Source: Octopus sinensis
Lineage: Eukaryota
Length of the DNA: 64,000 bases
Assembly (NCBI RefSeq): GCF_006345805.1
Contig: NC_043001.1
Coordinates: 86,056,001 to 86,120,000, forward strand
Direction of reading: 5' to 3'
Within the stretch, counting starts at the first letter, position 1. The number at the start of each line of letters is the position of its first letter. Below are positions 1 through 12,969 of the stretch, one piece after another. Below the pieces are notes generated by a model. It had not been told where the DNA came from and made no database searches. It was given only the letters and a program-made list of their open reading frames with translations. A program made the translations under genes and the position numbers.

Positions 1-1140
1 CACAATTCCAAGCAACGCTAGTCCACCACCCGGTTATTCACGTGCAAAACGAACACCACTCAAAAATTATGAATGAAACAATGTAAAAAAATAACCAACA
101 TCGAAAATAGACAAATTACCACGAATTACCTAAAAAAAACCATGATAAACCAAAACTCATAAAAGCATATAACGATAAAATCTCCCTTGCTAAACCCTAT
201 AACAAACTTATATAGCAATCCCCCTAACCTAAACATTCACACACAAATACACACACGTAAACCACAGACCAAGACTTATACACAAACCTATACTAACTTA
301 TAAACCTCAATATACACCAAAACCCACTCCCTCCCACACAGACAAATTAACACATACATCCCAAAACCTAAATAACAAACCCATATACACATTCACACAC
401 AAACACACACACACACGCAAAACACGCACACACAACAGATACATATACTCCCTCACATATACGCATATACATACTCACTAAACTCGACATATACAACCAT
501 ACTTACACACCCACAAAAATCATTAAATACATTTATGAGCTTTAACTCACCTTAGCAGCTCTAACAAACAACTTGCAGTAACCCAATCCCATTCTCTATG
601 CCTACCTCACTACTACACTATTCCATTCACAATTCCAAGCAACGCTAGTCCACCACCCGGTTATTCACGTGGCAAAACGAACACCACTCAAAAATTATGA
701 ATGAAACAATGTAAAAAAATAACCAACATCGAAAATAGACAAATTACCACGAATTACCTAAAAAAAACCATGATAAACCAAAACTCATAAAAGCATATAA
801 CGATAAAATCTCCCTTTGCTAAACCCTATAACAAACTTATATAGCAATCCCCCTAACCTAAACATTCACACACAAATACACACACGTAAACCACAGACCC
901 AAGACTTATACACAAACCTATACTAACTTATAAACCTCAAAATACACCAAAACCCACTCCCTCCCACACAGACAAATTAACACATACATCCCAAAACCTA
1001 AATAACAAACCCAAATACACATTCACACACAAACACACACACACGCAAAACACACACACACAACAGATACATATACTCCCTCACATATACGCATATACAT
1101 ACTCACTAAACTCGATATATACAACATTTACACACCCACA
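1..1140. repeat. Tandem duplication, period about 627 bp, A/C-rich; third partial copy at about 1542-1672
   Basis: cacaattccaagcaacgctagtccaccacccggtta occurs at 1, 628 and about 1637. The copies at 1 and 628 stay colinear for about 500 bp. Confidence 0.9.
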
Positions 1141-2874
1141 CTCATACAGATAAATAAATTAATTATACAACTAAAAACTCACAACCAATCTCATATACAT
1201 AAACACTCCTATGAAAACAACATAAATACATCGTAATTAACCAGAATATCAAAAATAACAATATGACATAAGGATAAATCAAATACATACTTACAATTCA
1301 GTTACAAATTATGAAGTGAAATTAAATTCTTAGCCGTTAAAAAACCAAACAAAATTACGTTACCATAGAAATAACTTATGTAAAAAAAGAATACGCGCCA
1401 TAGAAAGTAAACGTCATTCAAAATATGAATGGAGAAATAATAAATGGAACTAAAAACTATATCCACGTAGCAAACCAACGCTACTTAAAAAAATTTATTA
1501 TGAATGGATTCTTTAAAAACTACCATGAAAAATTATATACATTATGAGCTTTAGCTCACCCTAGCAGCTCTAACAAACAACTTACAGTAACCCATAACTA
1601 TTCTCGATGCATACCTCACTACCACACTAATCCATTCACAATTCCAAGCAACGCTAGTCCACCACCCGGTTACAATCCCAACTCCACCAATCATTCACAA
1701 TTTAAACGACGTTCCCTTCCACATACTCTACATATAAGCCTCAACATATACACGGAGATACACTTACACATCCGTGCGGATGGGTGAGAGTATACATTAA
1801 GTGTAGTGATGGGGCTCCCATTTCTAAACAATTTGTACCTGTGTGGTAGTCTCCATGTATATTCACGCACGGGTATAAATGCAGGGGGTACTCGCTCACT
1901 TCATTTGCGTGTACCCCTCACATGTACATATGCATACTATTTGGCTCGATATATGCAACAATGTAATCGCGCCCGTGTGTGTGAGCATTCACTGGTTGTG
2001 CAATTCACCCATCTGGGTGTGAGTGGGGTAAACGTATCGCTGTGGAGGTCGAGCTTGATACGTATATTAGTGTGTATTAGGGGTTGTACGTACTAATTAT
2101 GTGCATGTGCTTCACGCACTTGCGTCCATGTATGGATGAATATATTGGGATTACTATGTGGGTGTAAATAGGGTATGGGGGGGAGTTTTGTCATTGTATG
2201 GGTGTGGGTTTCATTTATGATGGTGGTTAGTTGGTGATTATTAGTATGTTCTGTATATTGGGTTAGTTATGTATTATTCTAGTGTGTATAATTGTATACA
2301 TATAATTGGTGTGAATGGGATTACTCCCATTTTTGGGGATGTATGGTTATTTATCCATGTGGGGCGGGAGTGGCCGTTAGGTGCATATGCTGAGGCTCAC
2401 ATGCAATCCAAGTACAACGAATGAAGTGGGCACTTATATTTGTTATGGTGTGTGTACTTTATTATAAAAGACAATACCCAAATAAAATCTGTCAATTCAA
2501 CATACCAAATAAAAAACAAAAAAACAAAGGGATCTTAAACATTCACACATACATACAAAACTCAATAAAAAACACACTAAATAACACCCAAAAACATATA
2601 AATATATCCTCCAATACATATAACAAATGCAAAATAAAAATACATAATAAAATAAAATAAAAATAAAAATAAAAAAATAAAAAAATCTAATATAAATTAT
2701 TAAAGTTTTAACGTACCATAAACTGTTAAATTAATATACATTAAAAATGAACTAATTAAAACAAAGAAATATCAATAAAGACTAACTATAATTAAAGCCT
2801 AGACAACATAACCAAAAATATTATCTAAACTAATTTAAACTAAACTAAAGTAACCTAAAAGGGAACTATTATTG

Positions 2875-3213
2875 CTATTTATCATGAAACTTATTATATA
2901 GGTAAAGTAACTTGTGTCTGCATTTTATTTTGCGCTCTTCACCAGTATTAAGTAAATTATCATACTTATAAAATAAAATTTCTTTAAACTCATTAGAGCA
3001 TAAATAACAACAATTAGCTCCTATATTATATGATTTAGTTTTACAAATTATTTCCCATATTAAACTATAATTAATATTTAGTGATTTAAGACTCCAAATG
3101 TACTTACTAAGTCCGGTTGAGTTGATTAAGTTTTTATTTTTAAAAGAATTCATATGTTGTGCGATTCTTAGTTTTATTTTTGAGGAAGTAGAACCTATAT
3201 AAACCGCTTTTGC
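2875..3213 (-). mobile_element. Penelope-like element, 5'-truncated GIY-YIG endonuclease C-terminal part
   Basis: Reads KAVYIGSTSSKIKLRIAQHMNSF...STGLSKYIW...CYLC...LLN...CRHK, the YIG, R..H and CCHH-type pattern of PLE endonucleases. The ORF-track start MYVCA comes from a CA microsatellite. Confidence 0.9.
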
Positions 3214-3214
3214 A

Positions 3215-3414
3215 CACACATACACACATACACACAGCCACTACACACATTTTTCTCTCTTTATTTCTCTCCTTGTTTTTTCTGCGTCCCTTTCTGTAGA
3301 AGAGCGTAGGCTCGAAACGTAAAAGACTTTTTCTATTACAGAGCGTTATACTAATACATCTGTTTGTTTTGTACACCACCTGCCTTCGTCTTTTGTTTTT
3401 TTCGTAAACTCTCC

Positions 3415-3420
<6 letters not shown>
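3215..3420 (+). mobile_element. PLE pseudo-LTR-like repeat with a degenerate hammerhead-like motif (about 3286-3328)
   Basis: ttt-CTGTAGA-A-GAGC gtag GCTC-GAAAC-GTA-aaa. Helix II and GAAA are intact; the core differs from CUGANGA at position 6. It abuts the PLE fragment in the opposite orientation. Confidence 0.5.
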
Positions 3421-3446
<26 letters not shown>

Positions 3447-3447
3447 G

Positions 3448-3479
<32 letters not shown>

Positions 3480-3489
3480 TATATATATG

Positions 3490-3874
3490 TATAAAGCTGA
3501 AGTCGTCTGTGTATGGCAGGTTTGGTAGCCTTCAACTAACACTATCTCCTCCGAGACCCTGCGGCGCAAGTTAACCAAAATTGAGAGTATGATAGAAGAA
3601 GGCTTGCTCTTCCTTCCGTAGAAGAAAAATTTAAATCGCACCTTGTTAACAGCAAAAATCATTTACATCAAAAAGGTGCTTTTTTTCTTTGAAAATCCTT
3701 ATTTTTTACGATTTTTTTGATTGCTGTGTCGCCATTTTTCGGTGTATTTCAGCCAGAAAAAATGTTCGCTTAAAGAGAATAACAAGTTACATAATGCACA
3801 TTTTTTGCTTTTCAAAATTTCCAATTCTAAAGGGTCGAAACAAACCCGAGCAACGCCGGGCGATACTGCTAGTA
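3490..3874 (-). mobile_element. Non-autonomous Helitron/Helentron-like element
   Basis: The minus strand starts TACTAGCAGTATCGCCCGGCGTTGCTCGGG, a terminus style seen in rolling-circle non-autonomous elements. A related start (actagcagacatgcccgcgttgctcggg) lies near 41346. The 3' side ends in a TA tract. Confidence 0.55.
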
Positions 3875-4386
3875 TATATACGACGAGCTTCTTTCGATTT
3901 CCTTGTTCCAAATTCATTCGCAAGGTTATGGCAGAAGACGCTTATTATATGCACAATTTCTAAAAGAGCTACTAATACTTCATTGCTTTAAAGATACGAT
4001 AAACTGGCAGATTTATATATGTCATGTATCTCCAAGCAATCTTTCAGCTCAATGCATATCGTTAGACATATTTAGAAACCAAGATGCTGGCTTATGAAGA
4101 AACTGGGGGAAAAACGAGAAAAGGAAAACGCGAAAAAGGTTGATGCGAAAGGTGGAACGATAATAAAGAAAAGTAAGAAAACCGAAATCGTTGTCCACTT
4201 TGTCTGCTGTAATGGTAAATGAATGCTGATATATATGAAGTATATTCTTTGTACATATGCACACACGTATATATTATGTTCGTTTATATATGCATATTAT
4301 CTTTATATGTATATATATATATGTGGAGTGGGGTTGGTATATACGCGTAGATATGCATATGTATATACATATATCTAATAAATATC

Positions 4387-4665
4387 ACCGTGACAGACCA
4401 CGCTATCGGATGTTGCTACACATCGCTGGTCACAATGCGCTTCGCATTGTTTTAGCCTTCAAATAACTGGCTAAGCGGCAGGCCAACAGAAGAGACACTG
4501 AGAGAAAGTTGTGGCGAAAGAGTACAGCAGGAATCGTCACCAGCCACTGCCGGGGCATCGTGTAGCTTTAGGTATTTTCGCTCAATAGACATTCACAACG
4601 CCCGGTCTGGGAATCGAAACCCCGATCCTACGACCACGAGTCCGCTGCCCTAACTAGTGGGCCAT
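4387..4665 (-). mobile_element. tRNA-derived SINE (family B)
   Basis: Head with A-box-like tggcccactagttagggc and B-box-like ggtttcgattcc. Homologous to the copies at 29466, 36731, 43365 and 63256. Confidence 0.8.
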
Positions 4666-4672
4666 ATATATA

Positions 4673-4710
<38 letters not shown>

Positions 4711-4725
4711 TTATATTATATATAT

Positions 4726-4770
<45 letters not shown>

Positions 4771-4799
4771 TACATATATATATATATACACATATATTC

Positions 4800-4862
<63 letters not shown>

Positions 4863-4865
<3 letters not shown>

Positions 4866-5140
4866 GGAGTAAACACATAAATGTGAAACAAGGTGGAAAA
4901 AAGAGTACTCGAATACCAATGGTAGAGTAATATGCTTTATTTAAAGCAGCAGAAAATTCAACAAAACCTGTTACTCTGAGTTTCCCGTTGCCGTTCATCG
5001 GACAGCATGCGCACTAAATTTTAACGCTCTTGCTCACTCGTGCTGTTTACAGCTAGAATCTAGCAAAAACTGTCCGATGAACGACAACGGGAAACTCAGA
5101 GTAACAGGTTTTGTTGAATTTTCTGCTGCTTTAGATAAAG
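4863..5140. mobile_element. PLE-derived element with 64-bp inverted repeats (4942-5005 / 5070-5133)
   Basis: The arms are reverse complements with one mismatch, separated by a 64-bp spacer and flanked by (TA)n. Confidence 0.8.
5070..5107 (+). ncRNA. Minimal type I hammerhead-like motif; mirror copy at 4968-5005 (-)
   Basis: CTGT-CCGATGA-acgacaacgg-GAA-ACTC a GAGT-A-ACAG. Helix I is CTGT/ACAG, helix III is ACTC/GAGT, the cleavage triplet is GUA, and the core has U4>C. Confidence 0.65.
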
Positions 5141-5424
5141 TATATATATATATATGTAGGGGCTGGCCAGATTGGAGCAATCTCAAGATTAATCAGCCGA
5201 AATTGCGACAATGATCCGGTTCTTGACTGAGGATAGAAAGGTTGTTTTTTTTGTATCGTCTATCTGAATGTTTTGTATTACCTAGTTGTCCGGATGTAAT
5301 AAATATACATATTACGCCTCTCTCTCTGTTTCTCTCTCCCTTTATATATATATCTATGTATGTATGTATGTATGTAGTGTGTGTGGATGTATATATGTAT
5401 GTATGCTTATCTGTATATAAGTAG

Positions 5425-5485
<61 letters not shown>

Positions 5486-5618
5486 TATATATATAAGTAT
5501 ATATGTATATATATATATGTATATATGCATATATACATATATACATATATATATTGATACACACCACATACAGTATATACTGCATGTGTGTATAATAATT
5601 TCATATATACATATACAT

Positions 5619-5649
<31 letters not shown>

Positions 5650-5758
5650 ATGTGTGTGTGTGTATCTATCTATCTATTTATTTTTTCATCTCTCTTTCTC
5701 TCCCTGTACACATACAAACACACACACACATATGCATTTACATATACATATACATATA

Positions 5759-5800
<42 letters not shown>

Positions 5801-5956
5801 GAAGATTAAGAGATAATATAGTTCGCTCAAAATTATGCGAGAACACCATCCCGTAAAATAGAATTTAAACAGAAACTGCATAGCTTTTGGTGCTGTTACT
5901 TCTATAAACCAAGGATTGGAAAACAAATTATCCATAAGAATGACTGAAGAGAAATT

Positions 5957-6210
5957 AAACCTATGACGGAACAGAAACGTCTTTGTGATACACGTTTCGA
6001 AAAAGAAATGCAATAACATTATGGGAGTACATCTGGTAACTAATATAGTATACTTCTCATAATGACACAGAGTGGAATATCATCAAAAGGTCTAATCCTC
6101 ACAAGAGTAGAAGCAAAGGAAAATTTTGACTTTTGTGCAGAAGTAAAGAGAAAGACCCTACAAATTTTACATAATTATAAGATCTATTTAACACCTGATC
6201 AGAATAATCG
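5957..6210 (+). pseudogene. Decayed Penelope-like GIY-YIG remnant
   Basis: Manual translation TYDGTETSL*YTFRKRNAITLWEYIW*...EWNIIKRSNPHKS...LLC aligns by eye with the 2875-3213 peptide. Many stop codons. Confidence 0.65.
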
Positions 6211-6758
6211 AGAAATACAAGCACTATGGAAAGTATCCCTTACTGAACTGAGTCACACTTCCTTTATCTGACTAGCTCAAAAGCACAGACATATCATGTG
6301 CTTTCCCTTTGCTTTTCTTCGTATTCCTGCATATTCTTATCCTTTTTCTTTGCCGTTTCTTTTCTGCACATATTTTTGCCTACTCACAATATGTTTACTC
6401 GCCACTAATCTTATTCATGTACCGAGGTATCTAAAATCTGCAATTTTTCATTTTTCTATGTTCTCATCTTTCATCTTGCATTCGCATCGGCAACCTTGTA
6501 GAGAATACATCATAGCTTGTCTACGTAGGAGTCGTGCTAATTATCGGATGTGAAAACGTTTTAGTTGTATTTTTATAAAATACACTTTTTTTTATTTTTC
6601 TAATCACGACTGAAAGAGCTTTTAAAGTTGAAACTAAATGCAGTCCATCTGGGTGGCCTGCAATTCGTATTACCACCCGTAATTCATTATATACTACTTA
6701 ATACATTTGTATCAAACATGGGTGTGCGCGTAAGTATGAATTGTGTGTATGTGTGTGG

Positions 6759-6791
<33 letters not shown>

Positions 6792-6939
6792 ATATATTAT
6801 ATATTATATATATATTATATATATATAAGTGCATATATGCATATATTCATATATATATTACATGTATGCATATATATATATATATATACATATTTATATA
6901 TATATATATTCATATATATATATTATATATGTATATATA

Positions 6940-6982
<43 letters not shown>

Positions 6983-8119
6983 TATATATTCATATATATA
7001 TGATACATATGTGTGTATATGTATATATTTATGTATGTATATATCTATGAGTGCATATATCTATGAGAGTGTTTATGTGTATGCATGTAGGTATGTATGT
7101 ATCAATAATGAATGTATGTATATTTGTATCCGTATATAAATATATAGATACATATGTGTGCTTGTCTGTATGTCCGTGTGTGTCTCGAAATCTAATGTAC
7201 ATAATAGCGAAAATATATTTAACGTAGTGCAAATATTACCTGATAATATGAAACTGAATATGGTGAGTAGAGAGGATGATGTGTTTTTATTTTTGTATCA
7301 GAAGTTAACAGTATAATCAGATTTCTCTCCAGGCCTGGCTGTTAATGACAGTTGTGAGCAGACCATCCCAGAATGAAGCTATGGATAGGCTGTCAACTCA
7401 TGATATAAAGTCATTGATATTTGTGTATGTGTATGTGTTTGTGTATGTGTGTGTTTGTGTGTGTGAGAGAGAGAGAGAGGAGAGAGACAGAAAGAGACTG
7501 ACAGTCAGATTGATGGTCAGAAAATATTTAAGTAGATTTATATAGTTTTATACAAACACATATATCCATGTATATATATACGCATATGTAGGTATTTATA
7601 CATACACACACATATTTATGTGCACGTTATGTAAATACATATTTCTGTATGTATACATATACATATATATGTATGCATACATACAGACATACATGTATGT
7701 GTTAATGTGTGTTCATGTGCGTGTTGTGTGTGTTGTGTGCATGTATGTGTGCGGGCACTAAGAGTAGTGATGTCATTGCCTTCTGTTTATATTTATAGGT
7801 TCGCAAGTATCCAATGCTGATCACGCAGAGGATTCTTGAAATAGAAGACATAATACTTGCAATAAACATTATCTGTATGGCCAGCTGTGGCAATAAAAAT
7901 GGATATCACCTCACACACCTGATGTCGAAACTTTGATTCTTAGTTTCAAAACACATCATCTCTTACAGATCTCATGCATTGTCGCCGTCCAAAGATTCCT
8001 CTCGATAGGAGACTGCTAGATTCTGTAGAACATCGAATTCTCCAAATTTCCTCAATTATTAATTTTTTTTTTTTTTGACTATTGGAGTCTTACAAAATGT
8101 CTTATCTTCGCTTTCGTTT

Positions 8120-8330
8120 ATTTACTCTTTTACTCATTTACTTGTTTCAGTTATTTGACTGTGGTCATGCTGGAGCACCGCTTTTAGTCAAACAAATCGA
8201 CTGAAGGACTTATTCTTTGTAAGCCAAGTACTCATTCTATCGATCAATTTTGCCGAACCGCTAAGTTGCGGGGACGTAAACACACCAGCGTCGGTTGTCA
8301 AACGATATTGGGGGGACAAACAAAACACAT
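8120..8330 (-). mobile_element. SINE family A, 3' half; other 3' halves near 21380-21555 (-) and 41395-41585 (-)
   Basis: Reverse complement of the segment shared with 31740-31936 and 54995-55207. Confidence 0.75.
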
Positions 8331-8354
8331 AAATACATACACACAAACACACAA

Positions 8355-8426
<72 letters not shown>

Positions 8427-8438
<12 letters not shown>

Positions 8439-8708
8439 GAAATGTGGTAATCAGAAGATTACCTCATCGTTCATATTTATAGATATTTATTTTATATTAC
8501 ATTTTTTACATATATATATCATATCATTCAGATCATATCATTCAGATTATTAGCGCTTTCTCCCATTCTAGTGGGGTTTTCAAATCAAATTAATTCCTTT
8601 GTGGGGAATTTAATCATTTTATAGAGTTTCGTAGTTGTGGGGAGGAATAAGACAGTACAAGAGGGTGAAGTTGATGAGGAGGAAGTGAGAGAGAGAACAT
8701 GTGTGTAT

Positions 8709-8787
<79 letters not shown>

Positions 8788-9826
8788 TATCTTAGGCTAA
8801 AGAGAAAGAGGGGAAGGGAGAGGGAAGAAGAAGAAGGATTTCCTTTGGTCTGCTGGACCCCCAAGGAGGTTCTAAGAATTTTAGCCATTTGTCTATTTTG
8901 GTGTCACTGAGTGTGTGTTGGTGGGTAGGCAGGCCATAAATTACACCTTTTATGATTTTGAGGATGGTCAAATACCTCTTCTACTTTGTATGATCGTTTT
9001 GTGGAGGTGTGTGTGTGTCTCTGTGTGTCCGTGTGTGTTTGTGTGCGTGTGTGTGTGTGTGTCTGTGTGTTTGAAGAGGAGAGAGACAAAAAGAGAAAAG
9101 GGAAAATAAAAATAAAAATAAAAATAAAAATAAAAATAAGGGAGGAAATGGAGAAGAAAAAAATTTTTTTTGTGTGTTGATATTTATACCACTACATATA
9201 TATACACAGACCTATACATAAAATATTGGGAAAAAAACCTTTTATCGGTTCAAAATGAACAACCAAATTACACCATCTTGAAAATTGTATATCATAGGAA
9301 AGTTAAAATTAAAGTGACAATTAAAAAGTAAAGATGGAAGTAAATTATAAAGATAATAATATAATGTATATAACAGGCAATATATATATATATACATACA
9401 CAGATATATATATATACACACATACAGACATATACTAAATGTTCTACTATATTAGATTGTAAATCGAAAGATGCGTCCTTCAATGTCACTATATATATAT
9501 ACATGCTTACACATGAAATATTTAGAAAAAACCCACCTTCTATCGAATCAAAATGAACAATCAAATTACACCATCTTGAAAATTGCATATCATAGGAAGG
9601 TTAAAATTAGAATGACAATTGGCAAGTAAAGATCAAGTAAATTACAAAAACAATATAATGTATATAACAGGTAACATATATATACACACACACCTATATC
9701 TTTACTTGCCAATTGTCATTCTAATTTTAACCTTCCTATGATATGCAATTTTCAAGATGGTGTAATTTGATTGTTCATTTTGATTCGATAGAAGGTGGGT
9801 TTTTTCTAAATATTTCATGTGTAAGC

Positions 9827-9875
<49 letters not shown>

Positions 9876-10881
9876 CATTGAAGGACGCATCTTTCGATTT
9901 ACAATCTAATATAGTAGAACATTTAGTATATGTCTGTATGTGTGTATATATATATATGTCTGTGTATGTATATATATATATATTGCCTGTTATATACATT
10001 ATATTATTATCTTTATAATTTACTTCCATCTTTACTTTTTAATTATCACTTTAATTTTAACTTTCCTGTGATATACAATTTTCAAGATGGTGTAATTTGG
10101 TTGTTCATTTTGAACCGATAAAAGGTTTTTTTTCCAATATTTTATGTATAAGTCTGTGTATATATATGTAATGATATAAATATCAACACACAAAAAAAAA
10201 TTTTTTCTTCTCCATTTCCTCCCTTATTTTTATTTTTATTTTTATTTTTATTTTCCCTTTTCTCTTTTTGTCTCTCTCCTCTTCTCCAAACACACAGAGA
10301 CACACACACACACGCACACAAACACACACGGACACACAGAGACACACACACACCTCCACAAAACGATCATACAAAGTAGAAGAGGTATTTGACCATCCTC
10401 AAAATCATAAAAGGTGTAATTTATGGCCTGCCTACCCACCAACACACACTCAGTGACACCAAAATAGACAAATGGCTACAATTCTTAGAACCTCCTTGGG
10501 GGTCCAGCAGACCAAAGGAAATCCTTCTTCTTCTTCCCTCTCCCTTCCCCTCTTTCTCTTTAGCCTAAGATACAAACACACACACACACACACACATACA
10601 CATACACACATGTTCTCTCTCTCACTTCCTCCTCATCAACTTCACCCTCTTGTACTGTCTTATTCCTCCCCACAACTACGAAACTCTATAAAATGATTAA
10701 ATTCCCCACAAAGGAATTAATTTGATTTGAAAACCCCACTAGAATGGGAGAAAGCGCTAATAATCTGAATGATATGATCTGAATGATATGATATATATAT
10801 GTAAAAAATGTAATATATAAATAAATATCTATAAATATGAACCATCCGACCTTGTGATTACCTCATTTCTTCTAATATATA
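8427..10881. repeat. Long inverted duplication (palindrome): arms about 8427-9633 and 9698-10881, 64-bp spacer
   Basis: The arms are reverse complements throughout, apart from microsatellite length changes and scattered substitutions. Confidence 0.95.
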
Positions 10882-10905
10882 ATACCTGTACATCATCTCC
10901 AACCT

Positions 10906-10958
<53 letters not shown>

Positions 10959-10975
10959 ATATGTATGTATATATA

Positions 10976-11022
<47 letters not shown>

Positions 11023-11026
11023 CATA

Positions 11027-11380
11027 CGACGGCCTTCTTTCAGTTTCCGTCTACCAAATCCACTTATTGGTCGGCCTGAGGTTATAGTAGAAGACACTTG
11101 CCCAAGGTGCCACGCAGTGGGAATGAACCCAGAACCATGTGGTTGGTAAGCAAGCTACTTACCACATTCTTTTCTACTCTAGGCACAAGGCCCGAAATTT
11201 TGGGGGAGGCGGCCAGTCGATTATATCCATCCTAGTATGCAACTGATATTTAATTTATCGACCTCGAAAGGATGACAGGCAAAGTCGACCTCCGCGGAAT
11301 TTGAACTCAGAACACAAAGACAGATGAAATTCCACTAATCATTTTGCCCGGCGTGCTAACGTTTCTGCCAGCTCGTCGCC
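11027..11380 (-). mobile_element. SINE family A 5' half (11027-11165) joined to SINE family C (11168-11380)
   Basis: Homologous to 53383-53567 and 15354-15587 respectively. Confidence 0.75.
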
Positions 11381-12799
11381 TAATTTATTAACAGTTTCAC
11401 CAAACAATGTGAAGGCGCGTGGCTTAGTGGTTAGGGTATTACGTTCTCGATCATAGCATCAAGGATTCGATTCTCGGTTCGGATGGTGCGTTGTATTCTT
11501 TTATTTGTTTCAGTCATTTGACTGCGGCCATGCAGTCACTAACCACACAGCCACTCCTGTGCCTGCATTCTTAAATAAAATTGTTCACTTTACGTATGTA
11601 TGTATGTATGTATGTATGTTTCGAGTGTTAGAAGTGGTGTACAAACAGGTTGTTCATTTATATAAATCGCGATTTTTTTTTCAGAAGAGAACATTATTTT
11701 TGTTTGTCTTTTTGTTTTTGTTTAAAAAAAATAAAAACAATATTCTCGTCACCGTCGTCGTCGTCGTCGTCGTCGCCGTCGTGGCCTTGATGGTGGTAGG
11801 GAAAATTATTGGAATGAAAGGGACACTAATGCGGATGGGGGGGAAGAAAATGACGACGATGTTAATGAGGATGAGGACGAGGACAATGACGATGATGATG
11901 ATGATGAGGATGATGACGACGACGATGACGATGACGACTATGACGTCGACGTTTTTTGTAATGCGGAGGATGATGACGGCCAAAGCAACATCTACAATAA
12001 AACACAAGTCGAGCACCTTGCATACAGCTATACATATTCTCAAGTCACCCCATAGAACCTAATCCACCCGTAACTTATGATCAGTAACTGCACTAAACCT
12101 CTCATTAAAAATAGGGATTTACAATTATAAACCACTATTTAAAGCAATTACCACTTCAATTGGCATTTCAAATATTTCAATAATCACTAATCCATTCTAA
12201 TCCGTTATATCTGTCGTACGGTATGTTAATCGTCTCAATTGCATTAATTGAGGCACAATTATCGTCCGATTAAAATACCCTTAGCCTTAATTCACACATT
12301 CATATATATCAATACACACAAACACACGCACACGCACACACACACACACACACACATACACACACACACACGCACACTCACACACACACACACTAAGCAT
12401 GCGTAATATACTTGTGTATGAATGGAAAATATGCTAGAAATGAATACATATATACATACTTACATATTTGTGTGTGAGTGAGTGTGTGAGTGTACATATA
12501 TGTGTGTGTGTGTATGTGTTTTCGTGTGTGTATGTATATACATATATTTAAAGAGAGAGGAGGTGAGAGAGAGATGGCTGTGTGATTTTATGCGTATATG
12601 CATTTGCACACCTAGAATATATAAGTATACACTAATATTCTCTGTATGAAAACACACGATACACCCAAGTCTATCTGTTGCTCGATGTCTGTGTGTGTGT
12701 GTATTGTTTGTGCGTGTGTGTGCATGCGTGTGTGTGCGTGCGCATGTGTTTGTGCATGTGCATATGTATACAAATGTACACAGCATAGCATAGCATAGC

Positions 12800-12850
<51 letters not shown>

Positions 12851-12877
12851 TATAGATAGATAGATAGATAGATAGAT

Positions 12878-12963
<86 letters not shown>

Positions 12964-12965
12964 AG
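12800..12965. repeat. (GATA)n microsatellite; similar tracts at about 15200-15300, 20960-21160, 41785-41843, 44725-44812 and 51385-51565
   Basis: Directly visible. These tracts generate the LSIY/IYLS pseudo-ORFs. Confidence 0.97.
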
Positions 12966-12969
12966 ATAT

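Noticed and set aside
5160-5210. GGCTG...CAGCC-GAAA half-hammerhead
   Set aside because: The CUGANGA segment is absent, replaced by a TA tract.
7228-7440. Intron-like 70-nt GTGAGT...ctccAG segment joining MKLNM to AWLLMTV
   Set aside because: No phase-compatible donor links it to the 56317 exon, and the frame runs into a microsatellite.
11505-12062. 185-aa ORF with a transmembrane-like VVVVVAVV stretch
   Set aside because: It is built from a SINE fragment plus (GTC)n and (GAT)n repeats.
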